A stretch of 60,198 nt of DNA, the filler included. It is 6 parts of 6 records of this genome, joined end to end, with 100 filler letters (N's around TTAATTAATTAA, not from the genome) between each part and the next. Parts side by side here need not be neighbours in the genome. Positions count along the whole stretch, not along the records: positions 31,896 to 37,297 come from SRR2962707_441; positions 37,398 to 44,854 come from SRR2962707_443; 4 more parts are not named here. One strand, written 5' to 3'. Each line of letters begins with the position of its first letter. The stretch's first letter is position 1. Made by a program: the position numbers and the translations under genes. Under the pieces are notes generated by a model, which was given only the letters and a program-made list of their open reading frames with translations, did no database searches and was not told where the DNA came from. This document shows positions 32,091 to 43,300 of this stretch, in pieces.

Positions 32091-33140
32091 TCAGGCCGAT
32101 AGTCCCGCACGGTCCGATACATTGACAGCCGGAACCGGTTTCGAAGCGACCGGTTCTTCCAGACACCCAAGACTGCTCAGCGTTTCGCGAACCGCCTGAT
32201 CAAGCGGCGTATGCGGCTCGGCGCCAAGGAACGCCACCAGCCTGTCATTGCGCATATGCAGCGGCTTGCGCCAAAAGTAGCGCATTTCCAGCAGCTCGCG
32301 GAAAACTGGCACGAACGGCGCGGCCAGCCACAGCATCCACCAGGGAAACCGTTTTGTGCGCAACCACGGCCGGCCGGTCACCCGCCGTATCGCCTCGCCC
32401 AATTGCGCACCATCGTGATCCCACACCCCTTCCATGTGGAAGCGGGCGAAGGCAGGCAGCTCTGCGCGCTCAACTAGCTGCACCATGGTTTCGGCAACAT
32501 CGGGCAGATAAGCCCATTGATGTCCGGCGCCCGGGTCTGACGGGTTGGTGATCGCTTTGACCGGGACACCGGGTTTGATGACGGCCTGCGCAAACCAGTT
32601 GTTGCCGGCACCGGGCCCGAAGAAGTCCCCTGCCCGCACTAGAATCACCTGCACGCCCCGCCTCGACGCCGCTTCGAGCCGCTCTTCCAGCTTGACGCGG
32701 ATCTTGCCCTTGTAGGTCAACGGCTGCTGCGAACTGTCCTCGTGGATGGTATCAAACACCTCCGGCCCATAATTGTAGATCGTCCCCGGCATCAGGATGC
32801 GCGCCCCCACAGCCTCCGCCGCAGCGATGGTGCTCTCGATCATCGGCAGCACCAGCGTGCCCCAGTTGCGATATCCGGGAGGGTTGACCGCGTGGACGAT
32901 CAACTCGACGCCCTCGGCAGCCGCCACCACGTCATCCCGGTTCATCGCATCGCCGCCAACCCATTCGTACTGCGGTGTCTTTTGCGCCTGCGTGGCTGCG
33001 TCGCGGTGCATTGCCCGAACGGTGTAACCGCGCCGCAAGAGCTTTTCGGCGACAGCGCTGCCCACTCCGCCGGTTGCACCAAGCACGAGCGCCACCTTCT
33101 TGCCAGGTGCTGTCAGTGTTTGTGTCATGTCATTGGTCAT
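32091..33140 (-). CDS. NAD-dependent epimerase/dehydratase (atypical SDR)
   Basis: LGATGGVG Rossmann motif, HAVNPPGY, RAGDFFGP, WAYLPD. Confidence 0.9.
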   Translation of the reverse strand: MTNDMTQTLTAPGKKVALVLGATGGVGSAVAEKLLRRGYTVRAMHRDAATQAQKTPQYEWVGGDAMNRDDVVAAAEGVELIVHAVNPPGYRNWGTLVLPMIESTIAAAEAVGARILMPGTIYNYGPEVFDTIHEDSSQQPLTYKGKIRVKLEERLEAASRRGVQVILVRAGDFFGPGAGNNWFAQAVIKPGVPVKAITNPSDPGAGHQWAYLPDVAETMVQLVERAELPAFARFHMEGVWDHDGAQLGEAIRRVTGRPWLRTKRFPWWMLWLAAPFVPVFRELLEMRYFWRKPLHMRNDRLVAFLGAEPHTPLDQAVRETLSSLGCLEEPVASKPVPAVNVSDRAGLSA

Positions 33141-33233
33141 GTCTGATCTCCATCGGTTGTGATGGCCTGACTATGATCCAGATCCATACTAACCGGAATT
33201 GCGCATTATCCTTGAGTTGCTATACAATAATGC

Positions 33234-34145
33234 ATGACCATGCTTTCGCTCGACTGGGATCACTACAGGACTTTCCTCGCAATCCTCCAGGAAGGATCTC
33301 AATCAGGTGCCGCGCGCGCGCTAGGGCTGACCCAGCCGACCGTGAGCAGGCACCTTGATGCACTGGAACTTGCGGCTGGCAAACCGCTGTTCCTGCGCTC
33401 CTATCAGGGATTGCTGCCGACGGAGACGGCGCTGAGCATGCGCACCTATGCCGAAACAATGGCAGCCAGTGCTGCCGCACTGGCCCGCGCCGCCTCGGGG
33501 GACAGTGCAAACCCCGAAGGCACGGTGCGCATCAGCGTCAGCGAGGTGATCGGGCTCGAGGTGCTGCCGCCCATCCTGGCTGAGCTTCAGGAGCGTTATC
33601 CGGGCCTCACAATCGAGCTGTCGCTCTCCGATGCCGTCGAAGATCTGCTCAAGCAGCAAGCCGATATTGCTGTGCGCATGGTGGAACCAACACAAGGGGC
33701 ACTGGTCAGCCGCAAGATTGGCGGCATTCCAATCGGCGTGTTTGCCCATCGTCGCTATCTTGAGCGGCACGGCTTGCCGGAAACGCTTGAAGACCTGGCC
33801 GGACACCGGCTGATCGGTTTCGACCGCCAGCTCGCCTATGTCCGGGAAGCCATGAAAGTTTACCCGGCCATGGCCGAGGTGCATTTCCATTTCCGCTCCG
33901 ACAGCAACGTCGCTCAACTGGCGATGATCCGCGCCGGAGGCGGCATCGGCATGTGCCAGGTTGGGCTCGCCGCCCGCGATCCGGATCTGGTCCAACTCTT
34001 GGCCGGGCAGTTCGATATGCAACTGATGACCTATCTGGTCATGCACGAAAACCTGAAAATGGTCCCGCGCTGCCGGGTTGCCTTCGATGCGCTTGCAGAT
34101 GGCTTGCTTGCCTATCGTGGTACAGTAGACGGCCTCAACTCCTGA
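33234..34145 (+). CDS. LysR family transcriptional regulator
   Basis: GSQSGAARALGLTQPTVSRH HTH; substrate-binding domain; divergent from the epimerase. Confidence 0.93.
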   Translation: MTMLSLDWDHYRTFLAILQEGSQSGAARALGLTQPTVSRHLDALELAAGKPLFLRSYQGLLPTETALSMRTYAETMAASAAALARAASGDSANPEGTVRISVSEVIGLEVLPPILAELQERYPGLTIELSLSDAVEDLLKQQADIAVRMVEPTQGALVSRKIGGIPIGVFAHRRYLERHGLPETLEDLAGHRLIGFDRQLAYVREAMKVYPAMAEVHFHFRSDSNVAQLAMIRAGGGIGMCQVGLAARDPDLVQLLAGQFDMQLMTYLVMHENLKMVPRCRVAFDALADGLLAYRGTVDGLNS

Positions 34146-34227
34146 AGCGCTCGGGATTTTTTCGGCCGCCTTTGAACCAGATCGTTGCCCACCGCCACCT
34201 ATACGTATCCGAACAAGGACACAATGG

Positions 34228-34779
34228 ATGCGCACGAAGCAGCAATTGGCCGAGGACTATCTGGTGGCCGGCGCCCGATTGGGCAGCGACAGCGCCATTG
34301 CCAAGCTGGCTGTTCTGCGTGGACCCGGCCTGTTTCGCCATGCCATGCGGCTGCTCGGCAATTCCGACGATGCCCATGACGCGGTTCAGGAGGCATGGAT
34401 CGAGATCATCAAGGGTCTGCCGCGCCTGCGTGACGACCGGGCCTTTGCAGCCTGGGCCTACCGGATTCTGACCCGGCGCGCAGCACGGATCATCTCGGTT
34501 CGGATCAGGGACCGCAATCAGATCAACGACACCGCTCAACCAGACGATGTCAGCGTGCCGGAATCCGGTTCAATGGCCGCCGACGCCCATGCCGTTCGCC
34601 AGGCGATCAAGGCGCTTCCGCCGCCGCAGGCTGCAGCCATATCCCTGTTTTACCTTGAAGACATGAGTATTGCCGAGGTCGCCATTGCCCTCGACGTGCC
34701 ACCCGGCACCATCAAGACCCGTCTGATGCATGCACGGGCAAAACTGAACAAAGCCCTGAAAGGAGACCTCGATGAGTAA
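34228..34779 (+). CDS. ECF RNA polymerase sigma factor
   Basis: DAHDAVQEAW, FAAWAYRI, EVAIALDVPPGTIKTRL. Confidence 0.92.
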   Translation: MRTKQQLAEDYLVAGARLGSDSAIAKLAVLRGPGLFRHAMRLLGNSDDAHDAVQEAWIEIIKGLPRLRDDRAFAAWAYRILTRRAARIISVRIRDRNQINDTAQPDDVSVPESGSMAADAHAVRQAIKALPPPQAAAISLFYLEDMSIAEVAIALDVPPGTIKTRLMHARAKLNKALKGDLDE

Positions 34780-35134
34780 GCTCGACCAACTGATAGAAGA
34801 AGCACTGTCGGACCAGGACAAGGAGATCATGCGCGAAACCCGGGAACTGGGCTGGTTCGCGCTTGGCGCCAGCCAGTTTACCGGAAAACTCGGTTGGGTG
34901 TCGTGGGTCTTGATGATCACGCAAACCGCCCTGTTTCTGCTGGCGGTCTGGACCGGATGGCAGTTCTTCGCAGCAACCGACGTGCTGGCCGCTCTGAAAT
35001 GGGGTCTGCCCGCAGCCACTCTGATGATTGTCGCGACCATTCTCAAGACCAGCCTCATGCCTCAAATGCAAGCCGACCGGATCATGCGTGAACTCAAACG
35101 CGTCGAACTGATGATTGCACACAGGAACGTGTGA
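34772..35134 (+). CDS. Small 2-TM membrane protein, putative anti-sigma partner (DUF6768-like)
   Basis: Overlaps the sigma factor stop; MSKLDQLIEEAL, two TMs, RELKRVEL. Confidence 0.75.
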   Translation: MSKLDQLIEEALSDQDKEIMRETRELGWFALGASQFTGKLGWVSWVLMITQTALFLLAVWTGWQFFAATDVLAALKWGLPAATLMIVATILKTSLMPQMQADRIMRELKRVELMIAHRNV

Positions 35135-35329
35135 CCCTTTTCTCGCGCGTCCCGTGCCAGCCACGGGGAGAAACGCCGAGCGGGTCTGTGCACACTTCCC
35201 GGCCTGTCCCGGCCGGGCAGTGATCCACATGCTTCCGGTGTCCGTACAGATATCGAGTTGCAAGGCATCATGGAACTTAAAGGCCGCTGTTTTGTTATAG
35301 TGCGTCGTTCCATGATCACGAGGGCCGAA

Positions 35330-36274
35330 ATGCGCATCACCATGATACTCAATCAGGACGGCGGTACCATTCGGGGAATGGACGCAAAGGAATTTGGCGA
35401 CATGGCATGCGCCAGGCTGTCAAAGCGCGGTGAAGAGTGTGTGCTTCGCCTGGTCTCGGGCAAGGATCTTGTCAAAACCCTCAATGAGCTGGCAGACGAC
35501 GCGGAAACCGGAACCATCGTGGCCGGCGGCGGCGACGGCACGATCTCAGCGGCAGCCGGTGTCTGCTTCAAATCGGGCAAGACCCTGGGCGTGTTGCCGA
35601 TGGGCACGATGAACATGTTTGCGCGCAGCCTAAGCCTCCCCCTCGACCCAGCCGAGGCGCTTGATGCATTGGTTGAGGCCGATGAAATGCCGCTCGACAT
35701 CGCCACCGCCAATGGCCGTCCCTATGTGCATCAGTTCTCGGTCGGCCTGCACGCCCGCCTGGTCCATCAGCGGTCGAGGCTCGACACCTCGACGCGGCTG
35801 CGCAAGATTACCTCGACCATCCAGTCGCTCGGCCGGGTAATTCTCAATCCCCCGCGCTTCGGGGTCGAGATCGATACCGGTTCAGGACGGACCCGCCAGA
35901 TCGTGTCAGCCGTCTCCGTGTCCAACAACCTGTTCGGGGATACGCCGCTTGCCTATGCGGCAGCGCTCGACGAAGGGATCCTCGGCGTCTACCGCTCACG
36001 CGCGCTTGAACCCGGCACGGTCTTCCGGATGACATTGCGCGCGGCTATCGGCAAACTCAGGGAAGACCCTGATATGAGCGTCGAGCCGGCGCTCAAGGCC
36101 ACCTTGAAGTTCCCCAATGCCCGCGGCGGTTCGAAAGCCGCGATTGACGGCGAGATCATACCGCTCGAGCAGGAGGTGGAATGCATCTGCCATCCCGGCG
36201 CATTGCGAACCCTTGTTCCCAAATCCTATGCAGCCAGTGTCGCCGAGCGCGCGCCCGAGCTGAAAACGGGATAG
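35330..36274 (+). CDS. Diacylglycerol kinase family lipid kinase
   Basis: GGGDGT, LPMGTMNMFARSL, IDGE motifs. Confidence 0.88.
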   Translation: MRITMILNQDGGTIRGMDAKEFGDMACARLSKRGEECVLRLVSGKDLVKTLNELADDAETGTIVAGGGDGTISAAAGVCFKSGKTLGVLPMGTMNMFARSLSLPLDPAEALDALVEADEMPLDIATANGRPYVHQFSVGLHARLVHQRSRLDTSTRLRKITSTIQSLGRVILNPPRFGVEIDTGSGRTRQIVSAVSVSNNLFGDTPLAYAAALDEGILGVYRSRALEPGTVFRMTLRAAIGKLREDPDMSVEPALKATLKFPNARGGSKAAIDGEIIPLEQEVECICHPGALRTLVPKSYAASVAERAPELKTG

Positions 36275-36380
36275 GCCCGCAAAGGCCGTCTCAGCCTGAA
36301 AGGAAATTCTCCATGACACTGCAGTTTTGGCCCACGTCCAGCCCCGCCCGGAAGATCATCAAAGCCAGCGTGGCCGCTCA

Positions 36381-36785
36381 ATGATCCCGGCGGGCTTTCT
36401 CAAGGCATGGGCCGGAACCGCAGTTTTCCTTCTTGCCATCGATGCAGTCTGGCTCGGCCTTGTCGCCAGGGGATTTTATGCCCGCCAGCTTGGCGACCTG
36501 ATGCTTGACCAGCCGCGCCTGTCCATCGCCGCCATCTTCTACGTGATGTATTCCGCGGTCGTGGTCCTGCTTGCGTCCGCACCGGCCTTCCGTTCAGGCT
36601 CACTGCAGGATGCGCTGATGCTGGGCGCCATCCTCGGATTTGCCGCCTACGGCACCTACGACATCACCAATCTCTCAACGCTGAAGAACTGGCCGCTGAT
36701 GATGAGCCTTGTCGACATGGCCTGGGGAACTCTGCTGACCGCGGCCGCCGCCGCAGTGGGCTTCTGGATGTTGCGCTGGGTTTGA
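36381..36785 (+). CDS. DUF2177 family membrane protein
   Basis: IDAVWLG, YGTYDITN, DMAWG motifs. Confidence 0.85.
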   Translation: MIPAGFLKAWAGTAVFLLAIDAVWLGLVARGFYARQLGDLMLDQPRLSIAAIFYVMYSAVVVLLASAPAFRSGSLQDALMLGAILGFAAYGTYDITNLSTLKNWPLMMSLVDMAWGTLLTAAAAAVGFWMLRWV

Positions 36786-36789
36786 AATG

Positions 36790-36819
36790 AAAACGGCCGC
36801 CCCGAACAAGGGCGGCCGT
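36790..36819 (-). terminator. Terminator between convergent genes
   Basis: ACGGCCGCCC-N7-GGGCGGCCGT with a T run on the minus strand. Confidence 0.7.
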
Positions 36820-36864
36820 CATTCCAGGATCAGGGCAAACTTGGCACCCTGTTAGCAGCTGAGC

Positions 36865-37297
<433 letters not shown>

Positions 37298-37397
37298 NNN
37301 NNNNNNNNNNNNNNNNNNNNNNNNNNNNNNNNNNNNNNNNNTTAATTAATTAANNNNNNNNNNNNNNNNNNNNNNNNNNNNNNNNNNNNNNNNNNNN
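37298..37397. other. Artificial contig spacer
   Basis: N44-TTAATTAATTAA-N44. Confidence 0.99.
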
Positions 37398-37420
37398 CTC
37401 TCTCTCTCTCTCTCTCTCTC
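37398..37420. repeat. (CT)n microsatellite
   Basis: Perfect dinucleotide run at the contig start. Confidence 0.95.
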
Positions 37421-37595
37421 TTTTCTTGGTCTCCCGTCCTCACGCGTAGAGACTCCTCCGCGCCCTCGCGTCGCGCAAAAGATCTCTGGGAGCTTCGTGA
37501 AGCGTGTCTTTTTGTCAATTTCGTTGACGTGCGTTCTGGGACAATAGGAGTTCGAACAAACCCAGAAACGAACGGCAAAAGAAAAAAAATATATA

Positions 37596-40218
37596 ATGGG
37601 GCGCACAAGCAGTGCTCCAGCCCTGGCAGCTTTAGCTTTGTTGACTGCTGCAACGGGGAGGACTGATGCCGTATCTTACTATGTCTCGAACTCTGGCAAC
37701 GACGCTGCAGACGGTCTTTCACCGTCCACTGCATGGCGCTCTCTCACTCACGCGAGCACAGCTCGACTGTCGGGCGCCAACGACAGCCTCCTCCTTGAGC
37801 GCGGCTCGATATTTGCAGACGACTTTTTGACGCTGGCGTTCCCCACTGGAATCTTGGGCGCGTATGCCAGTGCCAATTCCAACTCGTCAGCAGCACTTTC
37901 ACAGCACTGGACGAAGCAGGCAGGTCAGCCGCAGCCGCGACCGCAAATTGTGCGTCGCTGGGCACCAGGCCCTGTGAGTTGCGTCCAAGTGATGAATCCC
38001 GACGGATTCACAATTCAAGACATCCATTTTGCGGGCTGCTCACAAGGGCTAGTTATCGAAGTGACTGCTGGGGCCAATGTCAGCGATGTCACGCTCGAGA
38101 ACAACTTCTTCCGCGACATTCGTGCCATTGATCAAGTTTACAACCCATCCAAGAGCACATGGGGAACAGCCATTGTTCTTGGTGGGGGTGGTACCCTGCA
38201 CAATTTCACGGCACTGCACAACGTCGGAATCCGAATGGACACTTTTTTTGGGATGAAAGGCGTTCAAATTGATGGTTTAATCCTTGACAGCAATACAGTT
38301 GCCAAGTGCGGCTTCAATTGCTACTTGATTGCTCAGGGAAACGACATGCGTTTGCGCAACTCGGTATTTTTACATGACACCTCGCCCCGGTTGTTTATGT
38401 ACGGAACCACTGATGTGATTATTGGCTCAGTCACGGGTGACAATGCAATTGAGGTATGTGGCGCCCCATGCTACCTGGAACTGTTCTAACAGCACACGAT
38501 GGTTTGTGTGACGACTGCCGCTGTTTGTTGTTGTTGGGGTGGGGTAGAACTGCGACTTCAATAGTCGGGGTGAATATGAAGCAGGTCCTGATGGCTGTGC
38601 CATCGATTTTGAAACGTCTGCGACTGGGTTTCAAATCGTAGAAAACACAATCTACCGCAGGTATTTTTTCAAGCCTGTGCTCTATTTCGTGAGCAAGCGT
38701 GCACATTTGAGTCGAGTGTTGTCAACTTTGGGCCTATTCCACGTGCAACTGATTTTTGGATGGCGTGCAACTATTGCCTCTGTTGTGATCTGATCACCGG
38801 TGGAAAAAGTTGGGGCGGTGGCATTATGGTTTTTGGGCATGAGACCACATCGCATGATCTCAACCTTACTGGAAACAATTTCATTTACGCTGGATGTGTG
38901 CAGCCGCGTGGGGATCGTGCAGGAATCGCGTTCATGTGCCCCGGCGGACACAAGCCGAATGGCACAGTAGCCAACAACAACTTTGCCACTTGTAATGGAG
39001 TACCAGCAATGTCTGATCAAATCCCCAACTGCAGCAGGTTTGTAGACTGTGCAGTTACTAACTGCTCAGTGCGAGAGGAGAAGGCCCAACAAAAAGTGTG
39101 GGGGCATTGCTTGTTTTCTCCGAATCAAACATTTGTTTGGTTGCATCTTGGCCTATGTAGCGAAATGATCAAGACGAACAACCGAATTGACGACGGTTTG
39201 GTTTTTGCCGAAGAGCCACAGATCTCCTTCAGCCCGCCAGGTCCAGAATCAGGCGCTGTAAGTCATGGATTGAAAGCTCACGCAGTTCATCAACGTGCTA
39301 ATGGCGCAGCTGAAAATGTTTTCTGTTTTTTTGTCTCGATTTTGTGACGTTCTATTCCAGCCCGTCGTGACCATCCCCACACTCGCTTCATGTGTGAGCC
39401 CAAACGTGACACTTCGGTACACAATGGATGGATCACGGCCGACCGCTTCGTCTCCGGAAGTTCCCGTGGCCGGGGTGCCAATTCAGTGGCCTGGCGACAG
39501 TATTGTTTTCAATGTGAAAGCTTTTCCTGTGCCAGGATCCGACATTCTCCCAAGTGTGACCAACGGTGAGTTGTTCTCAATACACGACTGACGGTTCCGG
39601 ACAACAAGACACAACGCAATGGTGCCATGCAGCATCGTGTATTCCGCTTTTGCTCACCGTCGAATCTGTTGTTGGATGCCTATTTTGTACCGGTATGCAG
39701 GGGTCGTGATTGAACGCTACAACTACCGGCCCAGAACCGGGTTTGGGCCTTGGCCGCACGATTGCGAGTTGGAACAGGCTGTGGATTCAGTGTCGATAAA
39801 TGCCACGACGGGTGCAGTAGCGGCTGCTGGTTGGGTCGTTGACGGATGCTCGACTGATCATTTGGGAACGCCCCCGGCATCCATCCAACTCCGAGTGGAT
39901 ATGGTCCCAGATGTCACTGTGGTCGCCAACAGCTCTCGGTGCGAATTGCAGCAGAAGTCGTGTGAAGGTGAATGGAGCTCTTAAAGCTATGCCCTTAGTT
40001 TAGAAGCCTGTGCTTTGATTGACTGTAGGCCCGATCTTGTACCAAAGGAAGCGCCCAATCCTGAACACGGATTTAACGTCCAGGTTTCTAGTGAAGCCCA
40101 AGCGCGTCTCCTAGCTAAGGGCAAGCATGTTCTGGACATTTGGGTCGTGGACTCTCCGCTAAGTCCTCAAAAGATTCAAACACAGTGCTTTTGCGACGGA
40201 GACCTGTGTGATTGCTGA
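37596..40218 (+). CDS. Spliced eukaryotic secreted right-handed beta-helix protein with Fn3-associated/chitobiase-C domain and a bacterial-type C-terminal repeat
   Basis: Predicted exons 37596-38453, 38548-38660, 38810-39037, 39161-39257, 39361-39565, 39701-39938, 40029-40218 (all GT-AG, 1929 nt, 642 aa). Signal peptide, YYVSNSGND.ADGLSP.TAWRSL, LRYTMDGSRPT, ANSSRPDL...HGF. Confidence 0.8.
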
Positions 40219-40355
40219 CTGTGATGACGACAACACTCGGCGCGCACAACCTCGGACAGCGATTATGCTAAACAATTACTCATGTGCCAATAAGTATCGA
40301 CTTTTGTTGGCAAACTTGGACGCGACGAGCCTGCGCGAATGGTCAGTCGTAGATT

Positions 40356-43300
40356 TCAGACACCAGATGGTGCATTCTCATTCGCCGCAATAGGCCGGCC
40401 AGCACAAAGACATGAGTCAGCCATGTCGAAGTGCGGGTAGTAGAACATTGACAAATGCTGAATTTGGCTTTCAAGGCGCTTGATTCGTTGCGATAGGAGA
40501 CCAACGGAGGCGTCCTCGCACTGACCCTGGCTTTCTTCATGTCTCGAGCTGCAAGCACAACTCCTCGTCAAAGTTGGCAAAGAATCTGGCATCGATTCCA
40601 CAGAGCGGTGTCGAAGTAGTTGCTGCCTCATTAGTGTCAGGCACTTGCATAGACCTTTCAGAGACCATAGGTTCTGTGGGAACGCTTGTAAGTCTCCAGT
40701 GTACGCTTCCTGTTGACGAACGCGCATTGGTACAGTGAATACAGTCAGGTCGCAAGAACAGACTTCAGCTGCTGGCAGCCATCGAGAACCACCATGCGAG
40801 ATTGCACCAGTAGAAGCTGGGCGAAGAACAAACCTCTACTTCAGGTAAAGCATGTCGGTCAAGAAGATACTGCTCCATTCGCAATGCTCCCAAAGCATGT
40901 CGCGTTGGCACGAGCCAACCAGCCGGTTCGTCATACGCAAGGGAGTCTTCTGTCGCCACAGCTTGGCGAAGGCTTGCAAAGGCTTTTTCAAACTCGCCTT
41001 TTCGGTAGGCAAGTTCTCCCTCCAGCATGCACTTACCAACCTACGCATTCAAGCAAATACAACAGTGGGGCACGCAACACAGCATGCGACACTCAGCTAT
41101 TCGACCGGACCGAATCTGCTGTGCCAACAAAAAAGGGCCTAGTCACTCGAGATGCAAAGCTGCACGCACAGACAGTGAGTCTTTGCTGTCCACATTGTGA
41201 ATGCGCCGTGATGTTGGGATTTTGTCAAACGCTGCATGGAACTTTCGTTGACAATCCTCGGCCTGCCGCAATTAAAGAATCGATGGCTCAATTTCGAATA
41301 CCACACCATCACGTTGCACCCGCAGCATTTTTTTTTTTTTGACGTACAGCGGCAATATTCCCCAGCACTGCATTCGCTATCCCCTTTGCGTAATATGCGG
41401 TGGCTTTGCAAACACAAAAACGATCGGAATCCGCTGGCACAGGCTTATCGAGAATCTCAATCCATTGTCCAAACCGTATGAGTACATGCCAGTCTGTTGC
41501 CACATACCTAACGCATTGAAAAACCAACTTCCACATAAAATAATTCGCGATCCAACTGTTGCCACAAGCGACAGCCAGCGCAATTCGAAAGCATACCCGT
41601 CCATAAAGAACAGTAAAAAGTCGTAGAATGGTCGCGAGAATCGGCAATGGGCAATCACTTGAGCGTGGTCGATTGCAGCACGAAAGTCTCCGGCGAACAT
41701 GGCAGCCCATGTCAGCATGTGGTGGTTGTGCAGAGTGTACGTGTGATAGTAGGTATTGGTGTGCCCAAGCTGCATGTGGTACCTGGACAGTCGTTCGCCA
41801 CGATTAAAACATGCAGAATCCAAGCGCGGCACGAGGGTAGCAATGCAGCCAACCAAACGAGCCTCGTATCCGGCAAGATCCCGGCTTCGTTAGCACGAAT
41901 GGCAGCATTGTAGTCACCGGCAAGCATGTCAATATGAGATGCCATGTGCAATAGGTGGCCTGCCGCAGGCCATTGGCTACGCAAGAGGTCAGCCTGAGCT
42001 GAGGCCCGGGCTACCGCAAAATCGCGATCCGGGCACAACTCAAAAAAGTGGACAACAAAGTGCGCAAGCCCGGCGTGGCGGATCGACCTGCAATGTTTGC
42101 CACGACAGCAACGCCAACACAGGCAAGAAAAGCGATGGCGCTTCAACAACTTAGCACCAAGTGCCGCTCGTTGTGCCATGAATGGGAATCTCACGATCGG
42201 CCCGGGACACGCAATATGGTGCGACAATATACGCAAGCTAAAATTTCTCATGCAGAGCGCAAATACAACACCAACCCATAATTGTTGGCTTGCGATAGGA
42301 CCGCAAACACCTCCGTAGTTTCAGGATCCAGATTCAGCTTTACAGCAAGGTCTTCCATTTGGAGATCTTTGTCTCCTAATAAATGTTGTGGCAGTCGAGG
42401 CTGCAAGCTGTCTACGCCGTTGCCCACCGAATCTCTGCGTGGAAGCCACATTTTCCAAGGACGCTTGTTCATCAACGCTTCCACAAACAAAACGGCAACG
42501 TCAATATGCTCCGGAGTGTTCGGCCGATCAGAGCAGGAGTTTCCAAACAGCCCTCCACATGTAACAAACGCCTCGCGCATGGCATTAGCATACGCATCGT
42601 TGCAATTCCCAAGAATCCCGTCTGGAACTAGTTCATTGGCGTCAGGTCCGCCGTCGAGCTCCAGTTGCTGTTTCGTCGCGGGGTCATCCAAGTTCACAAC
42701 TCGTGTCTGAATTGCCGCAACTAGCATGCGTTCAACCTCAGAGACAGGATTCGTCTTTGATGGCAAAGTGTACCGAAGGGCAAATCGCGCATGTTTGTAC
42801 GCCTCCCGCATGTCGTGCAAGGACATCGACCAGTCGTTGTAGTTGACTCCTAATGTGTACGCAACGCCCCAATGCGCCATCGCAACAGTCGCCACAATGT
42901 CGCCTCTGTACTCTCCAAACTCAATTCCCATTGCCGCAGAGGCATTGCCCTGAGCACGGCCATGGGTCAACGCAAGAATATGACGAAAGCATCGACGTGC
43001 CTCAAGGTGATTAAAGCCCCAGCAAAGCAGCAACGCGCGGTCAAACCAAAGTTGGAGTTCAGGGGTGGACTTCGAAAGACGGAACGTGCGCGCACGACAT
43101 GCATCCAGCTGAGCATAGTACGGGTAAGAGCCTGTCGTAGATGGCGGAGGCAAGCGTTCGTCAGCTTCCGTAGATTTCGACACGAAAGGTTCAATCGGTT
43201 CGGTGAGAGGGACATCCTGGGTAACAGGTGCAGTGCCAAGGGGGACTTTTTGATGGGAAATTGCAGGAGCCGAAGACCAAAGGCATATTGGCGCGTGTGC

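Noticed and set aside
33321-34235. 304-aa ORF antisense to LysR
   Set aside because: Shadow of the well-supported LysR gene.
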